Part shown: positions 35,987 to 49,400 of the stretch, in pieces
How the letters are laid out: each line of letters starts with the position of its first letter
Position numbering within the stretch: position 1 is the first letter of the stretch
DNA from: Cycas panzhihuaensis
Taxonomy: Eukaryota > Plantae > Cycadophyta
Length of the DNA: 64,000 nucleotides
Direction of reading: 5' to 3'
NCBI GenBank assembly: GCA_023213395.1
Contig: CM041465.1
Location: forward strand, 138,763,741-138,827,740
Notes under the pieces: generated by a model
Seen by the model: the letters and a program-made list of their open reading frames with translations, nothing else
Told to the model about the DNA's origin: nothing
Databases searched by the model: none
Program-made: the position numbers and the translations under genes

Positions 35987-37950
35987 CAGTTGAAACACCT
36001 CCTTAAGCACTAATTCTTTCAACAACTAAAGATCTGTTACTTGATTCCTTGATCAAGTAACAGCTCTGTTACTTGTTTCACACAGTGTTACTCATTTGGC
36101 CTACACCTTCCCAAAATTCCTCTAAAACATAGGTTTTTGATGCTTGATTAGATTGATAAACACCCTTGTGCTCCATTATATTGTGTCAATTGCATTTGCC
36201 TCCATTTGTAAACCAATCCCAAGAACCCCTTGATCCATGTACTCCCTCTCAGCCCACTTTCTTATGCAGATTTCTTAAATTGAATTGGTCTCTCCCCTTT
36301 CCCCACCAAAAAAAAAATCACACAAAAGATCCATGGCCAAAAGAAAAAGGGAAATTTCTAACCTGCAATTTAGTTCAGATTGAGATTAAATAAGACTATC
36401 TTACAAATCAAATGTACACAAACCGACCTCAAATATGTTAGATATGTTGAACACTTTGCAAGTGTTACATGGATATAGGCATTACACCTAAGCCCCTTTG
36501 GGGGGCCCACGGGCTTGAGAAGAACCCCCAGCTAGGGGCCTAGGAGGCTAGCAGACCCTCAAGCGAGGGTTCGAGGGCAAGAATTCCTTAAAAAAAAAAA
36601 AATTAGTGTCTTATAGAAGTCTTTTTCAGCCCATGGTTTATGCCCATTGTATTGTAATACCACAGGGTGATATCTTGTAAAATTATGTCTATATATACTT
36701 TTGTAATGGCACATGTAAATGGATTGGATAAGTGGATGAGAAAAGAGTTGGAGTTTTCTCTTATAATTCTTTAGTTATTGCTCAAATTAATAAAATGGTC
36801 TATGCTTGAAGCTGAATCTCTAATTGTTCCTTGTTAATGTTGTAAGGACTTGCATCTTTTAACATAATATTAGACAAAATAATAAATGAACATCACAAAA
36901 CATTATAGAAAAATGCGTAGATCATAGATGGTATCAAATGATACCTCCATTGTATTGATAGAACAAAATAATGATACAAAATGATCTCACACAATGTGAA
37001 AGTGGTTCAAATGCTAACATGATGATGTTTTTATATACTACAAACTTATATTTGTGAGGGACCCACCAGTTTGTGGTTTACTTGGTCAAGTGTGCATTAC
37101 TTGGTCAAATGTGCATTACCTAGTCAATTGTGCATAATATATCATTATTCCAACACCCTCCCTTAATGCACATTTCAACACTACCCCTTAATGCACATTT
37201 GGGAAACTAGATGTTGCTTTTGAATTTGCAACATCTGATCTTCCAAAATTTCTTGAAAAAGATATACAGAACTTGGTCTTCAATTTGGTTTGCAAATTCT
37301 CTTCCTTGTGTCCACTTTGGAATGTAGTAACGATGCTTGATATTGATATGGTTCATTCTTCTTCACAAAACTAGGTTCTTCATTAACTGTATTGTATTTT
37401 AAATACTGCAACAAATCTTGGTAGATTCTTTCTGACTTTGATGAAGCTCTTGTAGTATCTCTCTCAGAATATCTGTTTCACGAACTTCTGCTTCAACCTT
37501 TTTGAATTTAGCTTCAATTGGATTAGACCCATTAGTAATCTGTATACTTCCATCATTTTGCAATTCTCCCTCATCGTTCGAACAATTCAAACTTGAATCA
37601 ATACTCAACAGGAACTTCACTTGAACTTGGATCGACAAATAAAAAAAAATTGCCAGACTCATCTTCACCAAGACCATCAGATTCATATTCAATCTCCTTT
37701 GAAATACTAGGATCATCTATAGAAATGAGTAATAAATTTTCCACATCTTGAATTGTTTCTTCAACAATTTTCAACATTCAGAAGTAGCTTCATCAATACC
37801 CATACTTTCTTCATCAAGTTCTTGACATACCTTTTAACTAAATCAAATTTAATAGTACTTTCTTCATCAATTTCATCTATATCAATTTCATAATCTTGAT
37901 CACCTGTATCTCGATCATCTTGAATATCTGTATGAACATCTACACATATA

Positions 37951-40900
37951 TTATCTAGGAATGTTATCTTGAGGGTTATGTTAAAAACCCCCTTTATGTA
38001 TTTGTAGACAAGTGTCCGACACGTGGCACTCATTCCCATGTCGGTTACCATGTACAAGTTGTATATATATGCACACTATCTCTCATAATAGATCATCAGA
38101 GTTTTTGATACCAAATTCTCTTGATTCTTTCATGGTATCAAAGCTGGCCTACCTGGTTGCCTGATAAGAAGTACTAAAAAGTTGTAGAAAGGATTCATAA
38201 TGAAGCCGAATCAACCTAAGGAGTTGCAAACGAAGTAAGATAAACTTAAGACTCAAAAGCAAAGCCTTACTTGTCAAAAAGAGACTCAGTCTACTCAGTC
38301 TGTTGCATTAAATAACTATACAGACTTGTACGGTCACAAAATTTTCAATCTGCTCAGATCAAGACAAAATTTGGTGTGGAGACTCGTCTCAGTACAAAGA
38401 TCAAACTTTCCTTATAGCGCGAATTGATATGAAGTTGTTTTAAGGGTCTTTTACCCTATTTTCTAGCCACACAGGTTTTGGAAGATTTTTTTGAAATTTC
38501 TCCTTAGATCTGTCTCAAATCCGGGTAAAAATCACTCAAACTCTTTCTAATCATCAATACTAAGAGTTTGAATCCGGTTTTTTTTAGTCTTTATCTGAGA
38601 ATCGAAGAGTTTGGAGCATTTTCTCATTTAAACCCTAGCCGTCATTGCCGATTTTTGGGGCTTGTTTTCTCTATTTTTTGAAGGATTTTTTCAAAAATAA
38701 CTTCAGATATATAATCCACAGGAAAAGATCTTTCTTTTGAGACAGTTCTTTTTCAATTTTGTACACTTTGATTTTTGTACGAAAATCCGTACAATCATAC
38801 GGTCAGGCTCAATTTCAAACCTCTGTTTATCATTTTTTTAATTTCTAAAGATGGCCTCTACTGTTTTATCCTACCAGAACAAGACAAATTAACTGCCTCC
38901 AATTATCACATCTGGAAAATCAAGACAGAGACTCTTATGAGAGCCAAAAAGGCCTAGAAAATAGCAACAGGCATTGAAGAAAAACTAGACAAAGATGACA
39001 TAGATTTTCCTAGCTAGGAAGAAAGAAATAATGCCAGGCTAATCACTTTGAAGATCTTTGTATCAAACCCTCTTCTTCTTTATGTAGACAAGTTGAATTC
39101 ATGTTCAAAAATATGGTAGCTATTTGAAAATATGTATAGATAAAAAAATAGAGCTCATATCATAGCTCTAAAAGAAGATTACTTTAAGTTACATATGAAG
39201 GATTCAAAAACAATTTTAGAATTTCTTCATAAAGTAATTTCAATCAAGAATGATTTACAAAGTGCAGGAGCCAAAATTAAAGAACAAGAAATAGTTGAAA
39301 TGGTGGCAAGCAACCTACCAAAATCATTCACGTAACAATTAATACGATCATTAAATAACGATCAAATCAACAATATGTCTCTTGATACATTGACAAGGCT
39401 GCCTCTAAGACAAGAACAAAAAAACAAGAGGTATGAAGATAGTTCTAAAATCGAAGATGCATCTGTTTCCAAACATCACCTAGGACCCAGAGGAAGGGGT
39501 CAATTTCGTGGACGCTTTAGAGCTCCAGATGCACGAAATATATCTTGAGGAAGAGGACACGACAATAGTGGTCGAGATCGTAGCATACCGCCCAGAGAAG
39601 CAAGGGTATGCTTCAACTGCGGAAGACCTGGATACTACTCCAGCAATTGCAGAGCCTTTGACGTTTGCTAACATTGCGGTTGATCAGGACACTACCCATA
39701 TCAATGTCCACAAAGAAGAGCTAAAATTCAGAAGGGTAAGCAACCCACAAAAAACTTCAGCAAAGAGCAAGAAGATAAAGACGAGGAGGAGACTGCATTT
39801 GATGTTGCATTCACAGCTAGCCTTGAAGATGAGGAAGTCTGGTACATCGACTCCGAGGCCTCTGGACATATGACCAGATGGGAAGATTGGTTTGAATCTC
39901 TCAAACCCTTCACCTCTCATAAATTAATTGAATTGGGGGATAAACATCCTCTGAATATCCCTGGAGTTGGAACCATTGCCATTGAGATAAAAGGAGGCAT
40001 TCAAAACATTGGCCATGTACTTTTTGTTCCAGGACTAAAAAAGAATTTGTTGTCTATTTCTCAGCTAAGAAAGAAAAAGCTAAGAACAGTGTTTGATGAA
40101 TATGGGTACTGTCATATTCTTGACATGAAAAAAGGAGGAGCCTTAGTTGCAAAAGGCATAGAAAGTAACGAACTTTATAGGTTGCTTTCTAAACCTGTAA
40201 TCACCAATGAAAAGGCATGTACTGCAATTCACAATGATAATAATAAATTGTGGCATTTGAAGTATAGGCATATCTCTTCTGACAGGCCGATATAGTTGCA
40301 AAAGGCTAAAATGGTTGATGGCCTCCCTAAATGTTCCTTTCAACATCTTATGTGTAAAAGCTGCATGGTAAGAAAACAACATTGTTTTCCATTCAAAGCA
40401 AGTGAATGGTGAGCTCAAGGTAAATTGGATCTAGTTCACACTAATCTACGTGGTCCTCTCACACCTCCCTCAATCAATGGTGCTAGGTATTTCTTAACTT
40501 TAATTGATGATTTCTCTAGAAAAACTTGGATTTATTTTCTCTTTTGTGAATTTGAAGTTTTTGAGAAATTTAAAGAATTCAAAGCAGAAGCCAAACTAGA
40601 ATTTAGAACAAAAATTAAATGCATCAGATCAGATGGTGGAGGTGAATATGTTTCGAAAGAATTTCTTAACTATTGCAAAGATCAAGGGATTGGAAGACAA
40701 CTCACAACTCCATATACACCTTAGTCAAATGGGATTGCTGAACAAATGAACAGAACAATCACGGAAATGGCTCAATGTATGCTTGAGGAAAGTCAGATTT
40801 TGAAGACCTATTGGGTTGAAGCAATTAGCACAACTGGATATCTCATAAATAGAAGCCCCACTAAGGTTCTAGATCATATCACTCCAAAGGAAACATGGAC

Positions 40901-43051
40901 CGAAATCAAGCCAAATGTAAGTAATCTTAAAATCTTTGGATGCAAAGCATTTGTTCACATTCTAGATAAAAAGAGATCAAAGCTAGATTCCAAAAGCATT
41001 GAATGCATAATGGTAGGCTATAGCAAAAACACAAAAGCCTATAAATGTATAGACCCTAGAACAAATAAGGTCTATATAAGTAAAGACGTAGTGTTTAATG
41101 AACTTGATCTCATAAAAGATCCAGTAATACAACAACTAATTGAAGAGGCTCCTAAAATTAATTTTTAAATTCCTACTGAAGAAATTTCTAGAATTACATC
41201 AGAGGACTTAGATGCAAATGGGGGAATCTCAAGAAATGACAATCAACAGAGAGGAAGAATCACCTCTCGTTGAGACAAGCACTAAAGAAGAAGAAGGCAA
41301 AAAGGAAAAAAGAGTGCCAAGGTGGTATCTCAAGACTATTGAAGAAAGCAAAGGAGAGGTATATGGCCATAGAACAAGAAACAGAAGCATCATGACCTTT
41401 TTACAAATGTGGAGCCACAGTCATTTGAAGAAGCTAGAGGACATCAGGAATGGGTAGTAGCAATGAATAAAGAAATGGAGTCAATCTCCAAAAATCAAAC
41501 ATTGAAACTGACAGAACTGCCTCCAAGAAAACTAGTGGTAAATTACAAATGGGTGTTCAAAATTAAAGAAAATGCTGATGGAGAAATAAGTAAATACAAG
41601 GCAAAACTGGTTGCCAAGGGATACACCCAGACTCCTGGGATAGACTACGAAGAAACTTTTTCACCTGTGGCCAAACTAAACATTGTTAGAATAGTAATAG
41701 CTCTTGCAACTCAAAACAACTGGAAGATCTACCAGTTAGATGTAAAAAGTGCCTTCCTAAACAGTGACCTGGAAGAAGAGGTCTATATGAAATAGCCTAA
41801 GGGCTTTATTCAACCTAGAAAAGAAAATTTGGTATTCAAACTAAAAAAGGCATTGTATGGATTAAAACAAGCTCCAAAAACTTGGTATGCAAAATTAGAT
41901 AAATATATTATTCATAATGGCTTCTCCAGATGTAGTTCAGATTCTAGCTTGTATACCAAAAGAAGACAAGGACTAATAACAGTCATCACTATTTACGTGG
42001 ATGATATGATTCTCACCGGAAGTGATACTAAATCAATAGAAAATATAAGGTCACAATTACAAAGAGGCTTTGAGATGACTGACTTGGGGTTGTTGAACTA
42101 TTACTTGGGAATAGAAGTTGGACAAGCAAAAGATTCAATCTCATTGTCCCAAAGCAGATACATCAAAAATCTGCTATCTAAATTTGGGATGGAGGAAAGC
42201 AACACCTGCATAACTCCCATGGAAGCAAGGTGTGATCTTACTCCTGATAAAGATGATCCTGTCGTTGATGGAACACTCTACAAGCAACTAATAGGCAATC
42301 TGATATATCTCACAACAACAAGACCAGACATCTCATATTTGGTGGGCCTAGTTTCAAGATACATGCAGGATCCCAAAATAAGGCACTAGAAAGTAACAAA
42401 AAGAATTCTTAGATATCTAAAGGGACTGCTACTCTAAAACCCGTATATCCAAAAGGGAAAATAGATAAACTATTTGGATACTGTGACTCAGATTGGGCAG
42501 GAGATAAGAAAAAGCCGAAATCAACAAGTGGATATTGCTTCTTCCTTGGGACAACAGCAATTTCCTGGATATCTAAGATCTGAACCAGCAACAAAAGCAA
42601 TCCACAACACCCTTCTGTGACGATCAAAGTGCAATCAAGTTGACAAAGAACCCAACTTTACATGCTCGAACTAAACATATTGAAGTTCATCATAACTTCA
42701 TCAGAGAAAAAGTTCAAAACAAAGAAATTGACCTAGTCTACTGCTCATCAAATGAACAGATTGTAGATATATTAACAAAACATCTCAGCAAGGTCAGATT
42801 CATAGCTCTTAGAGACAAATTAGGACTAAAATGATGAAACATTAAGAGAGGGTGTTGGAACATAATGTTTCATCTAGGAATGTTATCTTGAGGTTTATGT
42901 TAAAAACCCCCTTTATGTATTTGTAGACAAGTGTCTGACATGTGGCACTCATTCCCATGTCGGTTACCATGTACAAGTTGTATATATATGTACACTATCT
43001 CTCATAATAGATCATTAGAGTTTCTGATATTAAATTCTCTTGATTCTATCA
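37951..43051 (+). mobile_element. Ty1/copia element F (family of C)
   Basis: 5' LTR about 37951-38132 (first ~17 bp missing), PBS 38133-38144, 3' LTR 42853-43051, TSD atata / gtata. gag-pol 38851-42834 with stops and an RNase H deletion near 42570. Confidence 0.92.
38007..38027 (+). promoter_or_regulatory. E-box palindrome plus G-box/ABRE-like motif in the LTR U3 of F
   Basis: gacaagtgtc followed by gacacgtggc, about 35 bp upstream of tatatata. Function is inferred. Confidence 0.4.
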
Positions 43052-46000
43052 GTATATTCCTGTAATATGCTAGAAAATATTTGTATCTTTTGACATTTCT
43101 AAAATATACTTGAAAGTACCTTTTCTTTAGCATTGAATCAAACTTCTCTTTCAAAATATTCCACGTTTTGTATGATCTACACATGGGTTCTTTAGCAATA
43201 TCACACACAGTGGTATATATCATCTTCCATAGTGCAATGAATCCAACGAAGTGCATTAGCATCCTTTTTCTAAAATTCTGGTGTTGGATCTATATATCCT
43301 TTGAAAACAAGATCCCACCACTTAAAAGAAATGAAAACAACTCGCAATTTTCTTGACCACTCTAAGTAATTCTCCTCAATTAATGCAACCAAACCCATCT
43401 TTGCTAATGAATATCAACTACAGCAGGTGCAAAGATTAACCATGAACATGAGCAAGCAGATCACATGATACTCAATGTTTCATCCTTCATCTCTTGTCCT
43501 TTTATGAACTCATGCCTCCTGGTCCTTGAAAGGACTCGTACTACTTACATCACTGCTTTTGAGCAAAATTACTTTTGCAACATACTTTCCAGGGTTTAAA
43601 GATGACTTCCCCTAGGATCACAAATCAACAGAAAGAAAGAGAACTTGCTTGCTAAAGATGAACCTTCACCATTTTCTCATAGGACTCAAAATAATGCTTC
43701 AACTTTGAACTGAAATACTTTTATTAAGATGGCATCAAGTTACCTCAATTCATAGTTCACAGTGAAGTACTCTAAATCAAGATTCCAACAAATCAGACGA
43801 TTCGAAAAATAGGACTCCTAGTTGTGAAGATATCACAAAAACTATGCAATAACTTCTTTATGAATTAAAAAAACTAAATTATGTTGAGGTTTGGCCCCTT
43901 TGGCAAATTAGCCCTTGGTCATCAGGGCACTACATATGACTGACTACATATATGTTGGGGGCTAGCGGACTCTCAAACAAATTTCAATAACTTAATGTAA
44001 CAAAACATTTAAAAAAATAAACCCTATGTCCAAAAATTGATCTACATGGATTGGTCAACGAACATTGAATTTGATTACAGAATTGCAAAAAATGTTCATC
44101 AAAATCATTGTTCACAAGATCGAATCAGTGAAATATGCAATCCTTATGAGGTCCGATAAACAAAGAATCCTTCACTATCCATAATAGCAATTGATAAGTG
44201 TTTTTTTCATAATTGTGAGGACAAGCATAATCTCCATAGACATATTTTCCATTAACTAAAGATAGTAGGGTTAACAAAGGTAAGTCCTCCATTTGTGCGG
44301 ATAGATGATAATGATAGAAGAAAATATATGGCTCCGGCTTCCACAATATTCGACATCAGGCATGACTCAATCACATATCTCCCCACAAAGGTAGGGCATA
44401 ACATGCAGCTCGCACGATGATCAGATCTTGTCAAACCAAGTGTTTCATCAAGTAGAATGAACCAAGGGCATCACCAACAAATGCAAATGAAACCTTCCAG
44501 CTCAGCACAAATGGCCTTTCATACCATAATCATGAACCAGTTGACACTCAAACAATGACTCACAATGGAATAGAGATGGTAATAAGTCCTTGGTCAATGA
44601 TGAATAAGAGAACAAAGTGCAAGCCCTGTATAATCCCAACAATATAACGATTGCATAGGTCTTTACAACTTACTTTGCAGTGAGAAAATCATGACTTATG
44701 AACTACAGTTGAGCGCTTCATGGACGTACAATTATACAATGAGTGGCTCTTCCACGACTATGAAATTTCAATGCAGCACTTCACGGTTAATCACAAACTT
44801 GATGATGTTACTCGCAAAGTAGGGGATAATAGACATGAGCAGGGTCTTCAAATGCAACTACAAACAAGATTACTTCATAAACTTGCGGGCTAGGGTTTCT
44901 GCTCATAGCAGGTGTGGTCAACAGGTTAGGGTTTCTACACAACACAATTTCCTCCTCACGGCTACTTGCACAATGGAACTTCTACATAACCACGAATACC
45001 AAAAAAAGGCTCTACAGAGCCACCACCTCCTCAAACAACACAATGTCACTGGCTCTGTCTCTTAGGATTAATCTTCTCTAGTAGCATGTAGGGACTTACA
45101 TGTTCTAACATAATATTAATCAGAATAATAAATGAACATCACAAAATATTATAGAAAAATACCTAGATCATAAATGGTATCAAATAATACCTCCATTGCA
45201 TTGACAGAACAAAATAATGATACAAAATGATCTCACATGATGTGAGAGTGGTTCAAATGCTAACATGATGATGCCTTTATATACTACAAACTTATATTTA
45301 TGAGGGACCCACCATTTTATGGTTTACTTGGTCAAATGTGCATTACCTAGTCAACTATGCATAATACATCATTATTCCAACAGATGTGCTTGGATTTATT
45401 AGTTATTTGCTCTTCGCATTGATTATAGTTATTTTATTACATTGTTTCTCTCTATTATTTCTCTTCAAAATAAGTATAAAAATTAAGACAATTATTTTTT
45501 AAGAATTGCGGTCACACATTATAAATCACACAATGTTGGTCTCCTTAAAAAAATCAATGGTTGTGTAGTGCAATTCTTAAAGAGTTACAGATAAAAACCA
45601 ACATCTCCCATGTGGCTATGTCCATATGGAGAACCAATCCCTTAGCTATCTTGATTAAAAGAGCAAGATTGCAATTTCATTTTCATTTTGAATGTGAGCA
45701 TAAAATTAATGGCAAGAAGGACGATAGCAATTCGTTTTCATCTTCAATATGAGCTTTGAATGAATGACCAAAAGTATTTTCAAGTGCATAAAAGGCACTT
45801 CAATGTTCACAATGTTCCAACTTTTAGCATATAATAGTGTAGTTTGAGAGTTTCAAAGCTTGATGATCCAAAATGAAAGCAAATGGGCAAGCAAGTCAAA
45901 AAGAATTCTTCCTTTGATCGTGCAATTCCCTTAAGAGTCCATGCTACCTCATCTAATAACTGAAATCTAGAAGGGCACGCTGTCAATGGACATTGATTGT

Positions 46001-46101
46001 GGAAATACTTCATAGATATATTATATTCCATACAAACAAGAATCAAATAATGTATTTGTTGATGGAGAACAAACATGTTCGTAACCAAAAGCACCACCCC
46101 T

Positions 46102-46103
<2 letters not shown>

Positions 46104-46157
<54 letters not shown>
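46104..46157. repeat. Compound (CT)n(CA)n microsatellite
   Basis: Directly visible. Confidence 0.95.
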
Positions 46158-46457
46158 TCCACTAGGCAATTGTGCATGAATGATATTAAGAAACAAGGGC
46201 ACACTTGTATGACGCTTCAATAATGAAAAACTGAAAACTTTGTTGACCATTTTGAAAGAGATGCTTGTTTGCATTGTAGCTTGGAAGTGTATGCATTACA
46301 GATCCAGTGCCAACACTCGTACATTTCATATACAAGTCCCATATGAGCAATCAATAAGTATAAGAAAAAGACTCAAATACAATAAGTGACAATGTAAAGC
46401 TAATATGACACATGGAATGGAAACACTTCTGCCAAGGGCAACACCACCATCAAACAA

Positions 46458-49400
46458 TGTAGCAGACCCAACAGAAAACACAGCAAATAGAAGCAATTTC
46501 CAGCAGATAACAACAATCTTTACAGCATAGCACAGTATTTCACAACAAATTTCACATATTTATAGCAGATGGAATATAGTTACAGCAATAAACTCTCATA
46601 AACAAGATTCAGCATAGATATATGTCATGCATACATTGATAACAACAATAAATAGTAATAGATTGATAGAAAATAGAACTTGATACAATATGCCCAACAA
46701 CAATCCTCTTCGAGGCGGGCACAATCCTCTAACAAGCACGAGGCCTTAATGGCATGAAGCCTTTTTACCAACAAGTAGAATTCTCCAAGACTGATTTATA
46801 AATGAGGGAGGCCACTCTATTTATAGCCTTCAAAAACAATCTCTTATTTTTCCCTCCAAAAACCAATTTCATAATAAAATAAAATAAATGATTCTTCTTT
46901 TAATTCTTCAAAAAACCGACTCCATCATAATAAATTCCCCTTATAAAACCAACTTCTTTTATTTTGGGAACACTACAATTCACCTCCCCTTAAAGTGATA
47001 CTTCACCCTTGAAGCATCGAGAATTACTTGTAGCTCGATCTAATTTTCCATCCATCAACTGCTAGATCCTGTATGTCATAAAGGTTTAGCTTGATCTTGC
47101 ATCTTTCGTGGAACTTTGCTGGCAAGCGTCTTGAATTCACCAATGTTTGTTTTTGGGACCAGGTACATGTTGTGTCTTGTTCTAAATTAGAAGGACCCTG
47201 GAACCCGTGAGGTATCTCAGATGTATCGTCCTGGTCTTGCCTTGCGTTTGCACATTTTGCTTTTAGATGGGATGGTTTTTCAAAAAAGAAGGGAAGGTTT
47301 CGTGAAAAGAATTGATCGTAAGGGTCATGGATTGATAATTGCTTATTGTGAAAAAGAAAAGAAGAGGCAAGATTATAAACTAAGATTAGGCATAGCTTTG
47401 AAAGCATAAGAAGAAAATTTTGGAATATGCCTTGGATGGAGCTGAGAATTTGTGAGGGTTTATCGAATCGCAATACTTCTTGGGAATGAAAAATGGACGA
47501 GGGATTTGTGATAGATGTTCTTTATGAAAAAAAGATTTTTAACACACTTTTAGATTTAGAAATAATATTTAGACAAAATAAAAGATTTAATGGGAATAAG
47601 CAACATTGGTAGTACAGAAATGAAGAGGATTGGAAAGGATGAGATGAGGTTCTGTAGAGCGTAAAATTAAGGGATGAAACTTGGTGAATGGATTGAGGTT
47701 GTAAAATACTCTATTAAGGATGGTTTATAAAGGGTGAAAGAGTACACAAGTAAAGGAATGAGCTAGGATTGCAAAGGGGAATTTGGATTTATCCTATGAA
47801 GAAACTAGTTAAGAGAGGACAAACAAAACTACCAAATGAAATATGCATGTGCAAAACAAGATTAAGAACCATGTCAAGTACATTGTGGGGTTTGCTTGAT
47901 TGCATGGACTCTTCCTCATGCTGCTTAGGTTCTTCGTAACATTGGACGGGTTCTTCTTGGTCATCTACATCTTGTTCACTCGTCTACTCAGTGTCTTCTT
48001 CTACATGTGCAAATTTCTCATTGCTTGATCTTTTGCACGGTATATACTTAGATCCCTTTTTGTCCTCACCTTCATCAAGAGTGGCCTCTTATCATTCCTC
48101 ATTTGTGGAATTGTCTTTGGGTTCCTGTTCGTGCACTTTTTAGATATGTTCATCTTGATTTCGATTCCATGGCTTACTCATTAACATCAATTTAAACCAT
48201 GCCCAATCATTGAATATTTTTGGTTTGTTAAACCACTTAATGAACCACTCCAGAGCTTTCCCTCACAAAGGAAGTTTCATATATACTCCATATTCTTCCA
48301 TGTCAATATCCCTTGTGAATTCATTTAGTGTTTCAACCATTTGTAGCCATTTGTTAATATCAGTGCCTTCATCATGATAAAAATGTTATGAGACCATTTT
48401 CCTATTTAACTAGAAGCTACAGCTTCAATGATAAAATTCTGTATCTTTTGTTGGTCTAAACTATCACATATGAATACTCGTAATGGCTATCTCTGAACTA
48501 GGAATCCAACGGTTCATACAACACTGCAATCCGGTATCTATAACTAGAGATATAGAAGAAAACATCCAGGTACCCTTCTTGAAAACCAAATTGGAAAAAA
48601 AAAAGTATTTCAAACCCTCTTTATCTTTTTTACTCAAGGTCATATCAAGTCACTGCATGCGTCCATCTACAACCCGTGGGAAGGCCTAACTCCAAGCATA
48701 TATCTAATTTAATTAAATTACCCAAAAAAAAAACTTAGGAAGATATACGAGTCCTGGTTATGGTGCCTGCATCGCACTTAACTGCGCCTGGATATCACAT
48801 CGTTTGTGGGGTTCGATTCACTGTTGTGGCACCTTTTCTCTTGCATGCGACCATTAGATAATGGGAAAGACCTGCTCTCTTGCAATGGCCTGTGAAAGCG
48901 TGAAGCGATCAATTTGCTAACACTACGTCAACTGGACATAATCGGGGGTTCCACAAAAATCTTTGTATAATTTTTCTGTTTGCCTTTTTTTCATTAGTCT
49001 GCGCGTAAGTTTTCTCCATTTAACTGTGTGAAGTCATTACGATAATACATTGTTTTTCGGTTGCACTGCACTTCAATGGTTGTATCCAAATTTACGTCTC
49101 TCAAGATCGGGCCACTCAAATTCACATTGATATGGATGAAAACGACTTACAGTTGTGCTGAGAGAAAAATGCTTATTGAGTGCACTTTCATCTTCTTATT
49201 AATCTCCTTGTGGTGAATTACCTACAGATACTTGTCTACACTCGCCCTTCATTCTATGAAGTGGAGAGAAAAGAAACAAATAGCCTCTTTTGCCTGACCC
49301 GTCTGCTCTAGATAATAGTTCTACGTGGACCTGCAATTAGACTTGAGAACCCGGATCTACCCTTCCCTGCAATTATGCATATGCCTCTGCACCTTGCATA

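Larger units (their letters stand above)
36841..45382 (-). mobile_element. Non-autonomous copia-derived element G, interrupted by F
   Basis: LTRs 36841-37155 and 45087-45382. PPT ccctccctt 37156-37164. Degenerate PBS 45075-45086. TSD aatgt / gatgt. Only decayed RNase H (IQLMKNLVL.RRMNHINIKH) and integrase C-terminal traces; no RT. Confidence 0.85.
36436..45467. mobile_element. Solo LTR (about 485 bp; 36436-36840 plus 45388-45467) interrupted by element G
   Basis: TG..CA ends with perfect TSD aaata (36431-36435 / 45468-45472). GC-rich block followed by TATA-like sequence. Confidence 0.65.

Noticed and set aside
45807-46274. 155-aa minus-strand ORF
   Set aside because: It spans the CT/CA microsatellite (CVCV/RERE) and has no domain signal.
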